A stretch of DNA of 64,000 nucleotides from Amoebophrya sp. A120 (lineage: Eukaryota; Protista; Dinoflagellata): the NCBI GenBank assembly GCA_905178155.1, contig CAJINV010000001.1, forward strand, positions 2,470,089-2,534,088. Direction: 5' to 3'. This document shows positions 1 to 12,700 of this stretch, in pieces. Both the position numbers and the translations under genes were made by a program. Numbering within the stretch: the first letter of the stretch is position 1; the number at the start of each line of letters is the position of its first letter. The notes under the pieces are model-generated. The model saw only the letters and a program-made list of their open reading frames with translations, had not been told where the DNA came from and searched no databases.

Positions 1-494
1 TACGCGACGCCGAACAGCAACGGGGCGGTTCGTAAACATAACCACGCTCGAGAAAAACGACAGCAATTAGGCACAATCTTTCTCTTTCATTCCTTAGGGT
101 CAATAAAAATAACATCATCATGAAGATGACGAAGTGCTATACTTGCGTCCACACTGCTGTTGCCGCGGACCTGCCACACCGCGGACCGCTGCTGCCCGTC
201 GGTCTCAATATTACGCGAGCTGCGGGACCCGGGCTCGTTAGGTAGCAACGACTATTAGTAAGAATGGAAATTGTTCAAGAAAATTATTAGTCCGAATAAC
301 ATGATCATTAGTGTGTATCTTCAACTCCATAGCAACTTGATGATGTGAAGTAGGGCTGTACACGACGTCTCGCGAAGAAGTGCTTTCTCGTTTATTACGC
401 ACCAGGGGCCAGATGATTCGCCGTTTGTTTTTTGTTGCTATTTTCAAGAACATACAGAAAGGCTGGCAGTCCGAGCTTCTCAAAAAATCTCCTA

Positions 495-3400
495 CTACAA
501 AAATACCTGTGTGCCGTTCGCCGTGTGAAGCGATGCCCCTACCGCGCTTTGTTCATCCGAACGAACCGGAGGGCCGCATGGTTGAATTCGACATCGAATT
601 TCAACAGGCTTGCGCACAGGAGACTCGTAAAATCGATCCCTTCCAGCGGTGGAGCAGGATCGCCGCAGCTCGATGCGGCGCTTCCGAAGACGCTCGTATC
701 TCACTTGTGTAGCGCACGACTCTACACAAAGTCGCAACTCGGCCGGTGTTGTGGACCACCAGTGGGAGAATGACGGTTTACTTGTACGCGTCCGGCAATA
801 TCCCCGTTCCTTCGCAACCAGTACTACTTTTCGGGATTTTCCACCTTGGCCCATGATGAAATTATTCTTGAAAGAGTTATTTAAAAATTTCTGCCGCCAC
901 TTCTCCGCTCTTCGTTGATGCCGCACCATGCGCTCAGCCCCTCTGCGAGCAGCGCGAAGCCGCCACGAGACCATGCTCACGCACGGGACGACCTTGCCCG
1001 ACAGCTGCCCTTTCGGTTGCCGCGTCGCCCGCGAGATCACGCGGTTGGTTTGTAAACAGTACCGCTCGCACTGCGCGGGACTGTATCGAAATGTTGCCGT
1101 CGCGCTGTCCTCCTCACAGAAAAGCTTACAGGCCGACCTGCTGTTTTCGGACCAAGCGGATTCCAACACGGAGCGCAAATGCCGCACGTACTCAGCCCAC
1201 TTGGGCAACTTGGGTTTCTCGTCCCAGGCTTCCAAATTCATCGGGCACGTGTTGTCCCTCAGAGATTCCGGTAACCACTCCCAAACCCGCTGAAAAAACG
1301 CGTTCCGAGTCTTCCGCACCGTGAAGGTGGAAAAACGCGTCTTCTGGGCCGCCCCCGCAAAGGCCTCGTCTGGCTGGTCGGAAGGACGAGTCTCACCTTC
1401 TTCTTGCTCCTCCTGCGCAGTACTAGAAGAACAATTATCGTGCACGACGACCGGTAGGCCGAGGTTGTCATGGTCACTCTTCAGGAACGCGTTGCGCACG
1501 GCCCGGTGGTAGGCATATTTTCTCATCTCCTGCTTCGCCTTCTGGGGCAGTTGCGTGTTGGTCCACATCCCATTTGGATCGCCGAGCCCGTCCGGCCCCG
1601 GCCGGCGCGCCAGTTCGGCCAGGCCGAACAGGACGCGCAGGGAGGGGTCCAGACACCCTGGCAAAACCGAGGCCCAGTCGAACTCGTTCGCACGTGTCTC
1701 GGTCTGCCGCTGGTGCCGGGTTGTGGATGAGGTGGTCGTGGGAGGCAATACTACCCGACGTGGAGGACAACTACCTTCTCGGGAGGCGGTTCTCGTCGCG
1801 CTGCTACTGTTATTCGACGACATATTCCCGCGGCCAGTTCCACTAGCACTGGTGGTGTCCTCGTCGTCCCTTCTGCCCGCTGACGACGACACAGACGACG
1901 CCGAGGAGCTACTGTTCGTGGTTGACATTGTTCCACCGCTTGTAGTGATTTCTGGAGAAGTACATGAAAGCTCGGACCACGCCGCGCGGCTACGGCTCGA
2001 AGATGAGGCAACATCAACATCAGGTGGACGAGACCTCGTCACGGAAAGGAACGCAGTATGCCTCCAGGTAGTTGTTGCGCGACAAGGAGGCGCAGCACCG
2101 GGAGCTGCATCATCAATATGATCGTGATCCGGTGCCGCTTCGAGAGGGTTTACCGCGGCGGCCCTCGTGCTGGGCGGCGGCGGCGCTCCTCTAGAAGTAG
2201 AACAGGTTCTAGTGCACGACGAGGAACTGCACCAAGACAAGACCGCAGCCTCCCAGGGGGGGCGACAGGGAAAGTCTACCGCGCCGGTGTCGACCCGCAG
2301 CTCGTCCGCCAGAAGCCCGATCAAAAAGCGATACTTCAGCTCCGTGGAATTCCGCGTCTCCTCGTAGTGCCTGCATTCGTCGACCACGCGCTGGCCGCAC
2401 GCATCGCTGGGCACCGGGTCCGTGAGGGGCAGAATGACGTTGCCGCGGGCATCCACCTTGTCCACGACAAAAGGCCGCAGCGCCCTTTCGTACGTCCGCC
2501 GGTACGCCGCGTGATCCTCGCACAAGTCGCGGCAAGCGTTTTCGGCGCACGCTCGAAAGTTGGCGGCGGACCCTGCGGTTTGTCGTGGTAGAAAACTTGT
2601 TGTCCTATTAACAGCGCATGGAAAGAAAAATCACAGACGCGGCGCCTTCATCTGACTAAATATTGGAGGGCTACTAGTACGGTGGAACTAGAACAAGTAC
2701 ATGGTTTATTCGTATCTCTACGTCGCACTTGTTTTACATATAAATGCGCTCGCTTCCAGGTGAGCGACGAAATACAATTGTCTTCAGGGCACCGACTCTA
2801 TCAAAAGTCAAAGACAAGAGCTTTTCTAGGTAAGAAAGAATTACTTACTTACCCAGCTCAAAGGACCTGACGCCGCACGCGTGCGCGATCGCCTTTACAT
2901 GATCGGCCTCCCAGCTTTCGAAGGGCGACACTGTCCCTCCGCGCAGCGGGCGTAGCAACACCGCCCAGATTTTATCAACAAGCGCCGTAGCGAAAGTCCA
3001 CGACTCCGTACGAGCGTCACTCCGAGCCCACGACGACGAACTGTAGGCTCGGCGGACAACGTGGTGGCGGCACGGCCAGGCCACCCCGATGCCCGGCAAC
3101 ACCAAACTGTTCGAAATGGACAACCGCTCACCAAACCTCCGCCAGCCTGGCCGACGACCCGTGCTGCCGTTGGTACGAGCTCTTGTGCCACGCGCTTGTT
3201 GTTCATCACGCTCCGTGATCTCAGTTGTAGTCATCAGCAGCGCGGCCGGGTCGCACGCAGCAGCGCAGTGGCCGTCCGCCCCCCGACGACCCCGCACCGA
3301 AGCCAGGAAGGTCCGCACTCTTGCATTTTGCCCGGACAGGTGACGCGGGTCCAAGGCGCAGGTAGTCCGGAAGAAAGGTTCCGGCAGATTCCGGACCGGC

Positions 3401-3720
3401 GCGGAGAAGGCCGGATACGCGACTCGGAACTCGCAGGGGTACTGCCGGTTTTCGAGGAGCGCGATACTCTCGCTGGCTCGCCGGCTCACTGCGCAGTCCG
3501 CCAGCAGCTCAGCCTGTTCCCGCTGCAGCCGGATGTTGAGCGCGCGGGCATGCCGAAAGAGCTCAAGCGGGGACCAGGCGCTTGCATAGTGCGACCAGGG
3601 ACACAGGTCGCCCTCGAGGCGGCCCCGGTAGAGCACGTTGCGCAGCAGCTCCGCCATCTGGCTGGTTGGAGGGTAGATACTGGGGCCACGACGGATAATC
3701 TCCACGGTCTTCCGCCGCAC
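495..3720 (-). CDS. Hypothetical protein, two exons joined by GT-AG intron 2573-2852; possibly the 3' part of the RING/TRAF gene
   Basis: ORFs 2845-3720 and 495-2525 join in frame through donor ctg g|gtaagt and acceptor accgcag|gg tcc. A candidate acceptor atgcag|tg cgg lies just upstream of 3720. No recognisable domain. Confidence 0.5.
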
Positions 3721-3821
3721 TGCATGTTCGGCGTAAATCTGTTTGTTTGTACTTTTAATGAATCAGCTGCATCTGGTGCTATACCGATCGTCAGAAAGAA
3801 AATGCCCTTGCTTCATGTTCA

Positions 3822-4646
3822 TCATATGAAAATTTTCGCTGCTAAATTCATTTGATCTTCTTGTTTGTTCCCGCTGTCATCCATGTTTATATTTAACCAA
3901 CTGCATTGATTCAGTACGCAGTGGTTGCGAAAATGCTCCGCAAACTCGTCTCGTCGCCCCGTCCACATGCAGCCTTTGTGCCGATGCGCGCAGCACACAA
4001 TCACGGCCGGGCATTCGCGGTGGTAGTGCGCCGACCGGTCTGCGTGCGTGACCTCGTGTTGGCAGCCCTGGCAGACCGCCCTCTGGTGGGCAATCATGCG
4101 TGCGCACGCCCGATTGGCGTGCACGCTACTGTCCGTCAGCACCGACCGGCAATGGGGGCAGGTCGGATCCGGGGGCGCTCTCTCCCGCGCACTGGTGGCG
4201 TCCGTGGTAGTACCTTGTGCCGCGGCTTGTTGCTGCTCTACGTCCGCGGTTGACAAGGCCGAGGCCACTTGCTGGCCCTTCCAGTCATCGAGGCAGTGCC
4301 GGCAGAAATTCACGCCGCAGCAAGCGGTCAACACGGGCTCCTGCCAGACGTCCAGGCAGATTCCGCAGGTAGCGTTCTCCACAGCATACGGGTCCCGGTA
4401 TTTGAACTCCGGTTGCGGGTCGTCTCTGCTGACCGCGCACTCCTCCGCGGCGGCCCGCACCGCTGCCTCGGAGGGTGCAAAATCGTCCGCCGGCGACGAC
4501 CTCCGCGAGACGCTGAGCATAGCCTCGAGCACACTCCGTTGTGCGACCGAGAGAGGCCTGCGTACTATCGTAGGGACAGAGAAAGAACACTTCCCGTGGT
4601 GCCGCCCCAGATGGATAAATGAAGATGTTGACGTGTAGTCCATCAA
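3822..4646 (-). CDS. RING finger plus TRAF-type zinc finger protein (putative E3 ubiquitin ligase), possibly first exon of a longer gene
   Basis: CGICLDVWQEPVLTACCGVNFCRHCL...CPHCR RING, followed by CQGC...HYHRECP and CAHRHKGCMWTGRRDEFAEHFRNHC TRAF-like zinc fingers. Confidence 0.8.
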   Translation of the reverse strand: MMDYTSTSSFIHLGRHHGKCSFSVPTIVRRPLSVAQRSVLEAMLSVSRRSSPADDFAPSEAAVRAAAEECAVSRDDPQPEFKYRDPYAVENATCGICLDVWQEPVLTACCGVNFCRHCLDDWKGQQVASALSTADVEQQQAAAQGTTTDATSARERAPPDPTCPHCRSVLTDSSVHANRACARMIAHQRAVCQGCQHEVTHADRSAHYHRECPAVIVCCAHRHKGCMWTGRRDEFAEHFRNHCVLNQCSWLNINMDDSGNKQEDQMNLAAKIFI

Positions 4647-6479
4647 AAATATTCCAATTGCATTGCTTCATGCAAGTGCGGCGAGTTATCTGGCCGGCGT
4701 TATTGTTGAGAAGGACAAAGATGTTTGATGTTGAGTACGGACTCTTATCATCAATTACTTCCTTCGGCAGAAATTGCTTTATCTTCTATATATGCATATC
4801 ATGTTCTGCAAGAAAGACATGCAATTCGAGAGCATAAATCTATAAACTGGAACGGGGACCACGGGAGTTGATCTCGCGATTGCATACTGCGGGACGATGA
4901 AGATCTGCAGGGTGCCGGAATCGTGGCCACAGCGCGGTGTATCTCCTCCATCCTTAGCTTCTCAAGTGCCGTTTCTTGGTTTGAATGGAAGCGGTAGGGT
5001 TGTATTCTTGTTCAACGCAAAATGGCGATGATGTTCTGTGTCTGGTGTGCCCACGCCACTATCAGATCGAGGAAAATATCTTTTTCTTTTCAGAAACCGA
5101 AACTTTTTACCGGATGTGACAACAATTCTAATATTGTGCGTATGGTACACCTCGAAGCGGAAAGAAGTTTTCAAACTGCGACTATGGCATTTGCTGGAAA
5201 GGCACAGTTGTACCTCCTACGTCCTGTACCTGCTGGCGGCGAAGGAGAAAAAAAAACTTCTTCGGGCAGCACTTAGTGCGGAATAAATAGACCACTAAAA
5301 GGATGAATGTTTCTCGTCCATGGTTGTTGCAGGCTGATGACTTTGGAGGTATTAACCTGCACACTTTTTGACAAGCCTGTTGATTGCCTGATCGCGTGCG
5401 CCGGCTCTGCAATTGATCTATATACGTATAGGTGCACATATAATACCTCTTCTTTGTTGCGCGGTCATTCCTCCTCGCGAAGGAAAATAAAACAAGTACC
5501 TCCAACAACAAAATTCACACGCGATGTGGAGGTCGGCTGAACGACCGGGACCGGGGCCGCGCAAAATAAAACATCATATCGGAAATAAGTACTTATTGTA
5601 CTGATAGTCCGTTCCTGCGGAGATGACACAGTATCTACTATGCAAGGGCATCGATCCAAACGTTGAGATCCAGAGAAAAGAAGTTCGTCGGAGGAGCAGA
5701 AAGTGAAAGTCTCGTCAAGATAGCTTATTGACTATAGGCATTGCACGTTGACGTTCCTCTTTTTTAATACAGGAATCATTCCCGTGTGTGGAAAACTGAA
5801 GTGGCCGCGTTTTCTCCAATCCATGCGAACTTACTATGACGGCTCGCTTGTATAGGAGATCTTCTTCACCGTTGAAATAAAACGGCACCGCTTCATTTTA
5901 TCCGCGTGAAACACGACAAACAGATTTCCTTTATGTGTATCGCAGATCTTTCGCAGGTACTAGCAGCACAGCAAAAACAAAAATCTTCTCTGCTGCCGCA
6001 GGTTCTTTCATCCGGCTTGTTAGAAGTAGTGGAACACATTGCAATAGGTGTGAGCAACAAAGTACACGCAAGGCTTGCAGCGCAGTCTCGTTCTCGTACG
6101 AGGCTCCACACGACAAGCATTCAGTTTTCGATGACATCTTCACCAATCTTCAACTTTTGAAAGTTCAGCACTCGTTCATTTCAAATGAGCTCTTTCAGCG
6201 AAAATGAAAACCCAATGTGTTGCAATGCCCTTTTTCAACTTCTAAAGTTTTTAGTAGTCAGAAGGTCACACCTATCAACAAGCCAGCTTGAATTGCATAG
6301 CCTATCTCAGAATTTCTGTAGCCACCAAATAGAGCACCAATACCGATTCTAATTCGTTACCCCCCATGCCAATGCCAATGGTGTTTTGAAAATATTGATT
6401 TGGAAGATAGCAATATCGCTAAACATATACTTCAATGCGTTGAACTCCAAGTGCTACAAGTGAAACTAACACAATTTCC

Positions 6480-6592
6480 CCTGTTACAAAACAAAAGGCC
6501 AATGCAAAACAAATTCACCTATATTCCTTGTTGCAAAAAGGCCAGTTCCTTGTTACAAAACAAAAGGCCAGTTCCTTGTTACGAAACAAGGA
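6480..6592. repeat. Short degenerate tandem repeat (TTCCTTGTTACAAAACAAAAGGCCA-like, ~4 copies)
   Basis: Units visible near 6482, 6525, 6546 and 6572. Confidence 0.7.
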
Positions 6593-8102
6593 GCAGCAAA
6601 TTGAAATTGAATAGCCGTTGGTGTTCAGATGAACTAGGGTCCCGGGGCCCACTCTCCCATACCTCTTCTACGACGGCAAAAACTTCGAGCCCATTGGACA
6701 GTGTAGCTTCAATCTCTCTTTTACGTTTACGAGTGTCGAGGGACAGCTGCCAAGGTCCTAGCTGAGATTGTTCTTCCTCGGACAGGGGTACGTTGTCGGC
6801 AGTAATTAGTAGGAAGCCGCCCTGCGGCTCAAAGAAGCCAATATAAACTTTCGCGACAGGCTCAAAGAAGCCAATATGGACATGCGCGCCGTGCTTGTTG
6901 TAGTTGAACACGTCAATTCCTCCTTCCTCCACCTCCCGCATTCCGTCTTGAGTCAGTGCATCTTCCAAAAGTTTAAGAAAGTGCCGAAGCGGAGCATCTA
7001 GTTGGGTGACTGCAGGGGGCTCCGCGATGGCAGCGCTGTACCCACAATTGTTCGTGCCAGCGGCTCCATAGCACACCAACTGTGCAGCCAGACCATACGG
7101 ATGACCAACTGGCACCATAGATGTCCTTTGCATTGTGTTCTGAGTCTGACCAGTTGCTTGCATAAATGTCCTTTGAAACTGACGATTGAGCTTGGACAAA
7201 TCCACAATTGGCATGGGCGGGTGCGGGCGTTGGCGAAGAAGGTTATAGAATGCACGCCAGCTCACATCAATCTCACGCTTAGGCCACCTCCCCGAAGCGA
7301 ACGCGTCGAAGACATTGTGAAGGTATCGAAAGGAAAAATCCCCCCTCCCCATATCAAAACAAAATTTCTGATGCTGAATTGGGATACAGTACATATCCAA
7401 TTTGTGTTGCAGAAAGACTGCACGCACATCCCAAGCCTGGGCACAGGCCTTTTGGTGTAGGCGGCTAGCATGGTAGACGGCTACCCTGTAGGCCTTACAG
7501 AAACAGCAGCACAAATCGCCTGCATAACGTGGCGGACAGCCTGAATGCGCCTTCTTGCAAGACAGACCCGATTTGTGGCCACAAATCTGCATCACAAATT
7601 TTCAGAAGGATGCGCCTTCAATATGGGGAGCAAGGATAATTTTTCCTTGCAATAGAAGGACAAACTTGTTCTCAAAAACGAAAGGCGCAACCCCTGCCCA
7701 GACCTCTTCGGGCAGATCAAGGGTGGAACTGGAAGCGTCAGTTCGAGGTAAAATATGATCCGCAGCCCCTGTCCTCGCTGCTGCAAAATCATGACCATCC
7801 AAGCGCGTCGGCGCCCCCACGACGGCAGCTGCACCATCGGCGGTGGCGGGACCGGGAGAACGAGCACTGCTTTTACCTTTGGCGCTTCTGGATCTGCTGC
7901 CAGACCGTTGATGGGTGTCCCGCACCCGTCCCGCGGCACCAAGAGACTGAGAACTACCTCTGGAGCTGCTGGCTTTCCCGGTGCCGCTGCGTCGGGGAGA
8001 CCGGCTGCCCTGCACCCGTCCCGCGAGGAGAAGGGATCCGAGAACGAGGAAACAAAGAGCACGCGGCACCGATTGCCAGCCCATGGTTGGAATTCCGGAC
8101 AT
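6579..8102 (-). CDS. Putative secreted Cys-rich hypothetical protein (~507 codons) interrupted by a single in-frame TGA at 7602-7604 (pseudogene, readthrough or Sec)
   Basis: ORFs 7602-8234 and 6579-7595 are in the same frame, separated only by TGA AAA TTT. N-terminal hydrophobic segment RALCFLVLGSLLLAG. Confidence 0.45.
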
Positions 8103-9790
8103 ATTAATGCTTTGTCTTTGATTATACAAATTGGATATAAATATGTGAGAGTACAACGTAACGGTAAAGCTACAGCTAGTGAGAACGGAAAAAAGTAAAC
8201 TTTGCCTTTGAGGGGCGAGAACAACAGAGATCATGCACTAATGCAAATGCTGAACGTAAACTCGAAGTAAAATAAACAGTTGAGGTACTTATGCTTACGG
8301 TCTATAATCCGATTGTAACGAGTTCTGCAGCGAAAGAAAGAGAAAAATGAAGTAGCCGGAATCAAGCAAATCACTTGAGGTGGGGAAGCTCGAGTCAATT
8401 TAAAGATCGATCAAATTTTTGTTTCTTCGGTCATTTCACTTGGATCTAGACATGCTAATTTCATATATATCACGGTGTCTCTCGTCTCGGCAGCCTTTCT
8501 GTTTCCCCGGTGAGGGAACTGCCATTTCACTTCACATTTTGCCACTTTGATCCTTTCGATCTTCTTGATCTTGCATTCATTGGGCCTGCTGGATCTTGCG
8601 CTTGGGGTATCGTCGAAATGCCTTGTGTCAAACTCAAAATACAGAAAATGCCAAAACTTCGGATCAACTTAATTTGTATTTCACGGAACAATACTTGTAG
8701 TCCAATTTCCATACAAAGACTGCCGTATGCGCAGCTATACTTCTTGCCGTATCACTTTAAATTTCCAAATGTGGACTTCCCGTTGATGGTGTTGTCTATA
8801 CAATCTGTCACATGTGTAATAAAGTCGCCAATCACGAAGACGGACGAAATAAATGGTTTTTGGATCGCACTGGTCACATAGTTGGACTTGCAAATGTTCT
8901 TGTCCTCCTCTATCAAGATTGGATCCACTAATATCCATCTGCATATAATCTTAATGACCGCGGGCGTTCACATTGCAAAAAAAAATGTTTGTGTAGTCCC
9001 TCGTCGAGAGAAAGTAAGTATCATATATTATGCGAGAATGCCACTCTTTTGACTTCGTAAGAATCTCAGACATTTCATTTCTCCCCTGTGCGTGTTGAAC
9101 GTGAATACTTACCGCCTCCTTTGGTTACACAGAAAAAAGGATCCAGTAATTTGAAATTGCAATTTCGATCACATGATGAATGTGCCCCAATGTCTTGATA
9201 CGACTACACTCCATTGACGCGCATATCGCAAAAAAAAAAGTATGAAATGAAAAAAGAAAATCTCGTATAGCAACATGTCATCCGCTTACTCTGCCTTACA
9301 AATTTATCTACCCCCAAGTAGACTATTTCGTGCGCTACTTGGTAGCTTACTTTTCTCATGTGAGTCTGCCGATCGAAAAGTCGTGCAAAAAAGATATAAT
9401 GTGAAGTCAACATTTTGCGACTATTACTTATTTACTTTCGTGCAATCTTACAAACCGGAAATCGACATCTTCAAGTGAAAAAATGCATTGTGAAAAAAAA
9501 ACACGTGCGCCTCGTGCGCAACGGCAACTTGCACCGCCTCGAGGATCCAAAATGGATCATAACAAGACTGATGTGCTTACCTATGCATAGGTCTTTCGAC
9601 TGCTTGAAAATATAAATCCTCGAAAAGAACTCTAAAGTACAAAGCTACTAGCCTGGTACTTACACTTTCGAGCAAATTCGTTGAAGAAGAATGTATTGAT
9701 TCGTACATGTAGAAGTAGTTGTACTACAAAATTCAATCATACATGAAAAGGACCACACTCCAGGACCACCGCCAGCAGCTTTTATTCCCT

Positions 9791-12700
9791 TCATGCGCGG
9801 AACGCGAATCGCCAGGAATCCGTCCGGTTGATCTGCTGCTGCGAGGTGGCAACGCGACCTTGCTCCTCCGCGGCCGCCCGCGCGCCGGCCTTGGCAGCGT
9901 AGTTCAACAACGCTTCCAGTTCGTCGGGCGAGGGCTGGTTGTTCACCTGCGACTTATTGTTCCTGGATGCCCCCGCGTTATAGTTCGCCGTAGTGGTCGA
10001 CTTGCGCGTCAAACTGAACCGCGACGGCGACCGGACCCCTTCGTCGTTGTTTACCAACAGCGTCGGCAAACGAGCGTTGCTCTCGTACTTGGACGGCCCG
10101 CGGACCGGGGAAGCGATGTTCGCATTGTTCGCGAAGTCGTCCATTTCTCGCGTCAAATCCTGTTTCGGGATGTTTTCCACCGCGTTCGCGAGAATGGACG
10201 AGCGCTTCTCCGCCGGGTACAGCTGCGCGCAGATCTTCAACAAATCGTCCACGGAGGGTGGCGCCCCGCGCGGGTCCGAAATGTTCGTCTGCAGGTCTTC
10301 CGCGGTCGGCGCCGAAAAGTCCTTCAGCGGCGGCTTCTTGTGCTGCTTGTGGTGCGACGGCTGGTGCTGTTTGCGGTTGTCCTTGCGCACATGTAGGAGC
10401 TTGCTGTCATGAGCGATTCCGGTAGTTGTTCCCGGTTTCATATTATTGTTCTGCTGCGTGGGTTCGTACAACTCGGCTACGGCCGCCAGCAGCACGGTCG
10501 AGGACACGGGCGGACTTGCCGTCGGCGAGGACACGATTTGCGACACCTCGCGGTCGTGCGCTTCAGAGACCAAGGACAGCAACTCCTCCACCCCGGCATA
10601 GTCGAGCTCATCCAGCGTGGAGGCCCGCTCCACCTCCATGGTGTCCGTGCGCGCCTGCTTCCCGAGCATCTCCTGGCGGTGCTTCACCATGTAGAGCAGA
10701 TCCTGCTCGGAGCACTGGTAGTTCTTCCCCGCAAACTCCTGGCCCAACTTCTCCGCGCGCGCCTGCTGCGCCTCCTGCAGGGCCACCTGTCGCAGCAACT
10801 GCCGGCACGTCTTCAGCAGATCGTCGGAGAACGGCGGGTTTCGCGACTCCACCAAATTCGTCCTCTTCGCGATTTTGTCCTGCCCGAGGGAGACCAAAAA
10901 CGGCGCGCGGCTGTGCGGACGGAGTTCCCACACCTGCAGGGTGGACGTTGGCGGGACGTAGGAGGTTTCGTGCCCCGGCGCGGGCTGGGCGGCCAAGTAC
11001 CCGCAGAGCGACAGCAAATCGTCCACCTGCGGCACCGGCTCGCCGCTGTGCTGTTGGGTACTAGAAGAAGTATGTTTGTCCAGCGTGCCGACGTAAAACT
11101 CGTTCCCGCGCGTCAGCACGTACGGCGTCCGCCCGTTCTTCCGGATTTCGTACACAAGCAGATCGTCTTTGTTTGTTTCTCCAGCACTACTGCTCATTTT
11201 CGACACCCGATCCGCAACTTTTCTGCCCAGGTCCATCTGCATTTGCTGTTCCAGTCGCTCTTTTCTCGCCGGAGACGCCGCTTTCTCCGCGGCGCGGTGG
11301 ACGAGTTTGTGCGACAGCTCCGAGCACATGGCCAGGAGCTTGTCCACCTTCTGCGGCTTCCGTCCCTCCCGCTGCTGCCACTCCGCGCGGAGAGAGCCTA
11401 CCGAGGTGATGCCGTTCTTGAACTCGTTGCCAAGCGACACCACGTACGGGACCCGGCCGGTCTTCCGGATGTGGTACACCAGCACGTCCTCGTTCAGGTG
11501 TGCGGGACGCAAGTCCGTGTAGTTTGTGGTGTCCTTCTCCGGCAGCTGCGGCCGGGCCTCGCGGGACCGCCCGCGCCGGATCCGGGTGCCGGCGGTATCC
11601 GAAATGTGTTTCTTCAAGTGGTACCCGCCCGCGTGGTCGAAATTCGGCGTGGTCTGAGCGAGGGGCTTATTCTTCGTCTTCTGAGTTGTTTGACCCTTGT
11701 TGTAGTTCTCGTACACGGCTGCAGTTGTATCTGCTGGTTCCACTTCTTTGCTCGATTGCTGTTCGATGGACAAGTCGTTCAGGTTTTCGAACTTGCCCTG
11801 CAACACCTCCTTCTCCCACCGCATCCGGAAGCGGCGCGCCGTGATCCACTGATCGCGGCGGTCGCGGAGCAGCGTGCGTGCGTGGTCCATCTCCCGGCGC
11901 ATCACGCGGAACAGGTTCTTCTTGGTGTTCTTGGTGTGCACGGTGCGGTGCGCGTACTTGACCCCCCGGATCTCGTCCTTCGTGCGGTTCCACGGGGAAT
12001 CGTGGAGGTTGTTCAGCTGCTTGGTGTTCACGTGGATGTTGTTTATCAAATGTAAAAATGTCTGGGTCTGGAAGATTCTGAGATTTGTCATGCATGTTTT
12101 GCATGACCCAGGATGTCTGTAATGCACGACCGCGCATCACAGATTTTGAGCGGGCTTCCCGATGCCTACTGCGCATGACAAACGCCCTCCCCGCGTAGCA
12201 CAAACTCGACTCCTCTTGCTGGTCATGCAATACAGATTTTTCTAGAGTCCAAAGTTAGCATCATAAGCTTGCATTCCTCCAGACCCAGACATTTTTGCAC
12301 TTGATATTGTTCGCCAAATACCCATAGTCCTCGTCCTCCATCGCATACATTTGCTGCTGCTTGGACGGAAAGCGCGGCTTCGCGAAGATCGTGTCCGTTT
12401 CGGGAGAAAAGAAGTCCACATCGTGCAGAATGCCCGGCAACCCGTCCGCTGACCAGTCCAGGGCAAACTCGAACTTGCCGTCGGCTTTTCGCCCGCCCCA
12501 CGGGAGACCGTGCGTGCTCCAATCCAGCACCAGGGGCTCCCATTTCGCGCTGATACAATTTGATTTTTGTTTTTCTCTTGGGTGGTGCTGGATAATTCTG
12601 TTTTTCCCTCCTGCGCCTGCCTCAGAAGAATGATGATATCAGGCTCAGCTGAACAAAAATGCAGCTCAGACAAAAATTTATAGTCGATGAAGTCCTCTTG

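Noticed and set aside
5010-5030. GCCATTTTG on the minus strand as a dinoflagellate spliced-leader relic
   Set aside because: Only ~9 nt match and the GCTCAAG end is absent, so it is expected by chance.
8500-8950. Short ORFs suggesting a gene or pseudogene
   Set aside because: No motif or consistent splice structure could be assembled.
9100-9115. ATACTTACC resembling the U1 snRNA 5' end
   Set aside because: No U1 stem-loops or Sm site follow. It is simply the reverse complement of a donor-like GGTAAGTAT.
10409-12055. Long plus-strand ORFs (also 26923-28404 and 3061-3855)
   Set aside because: Antisense shadows of GC3-rich minus-strand coding exons with no domain signal.
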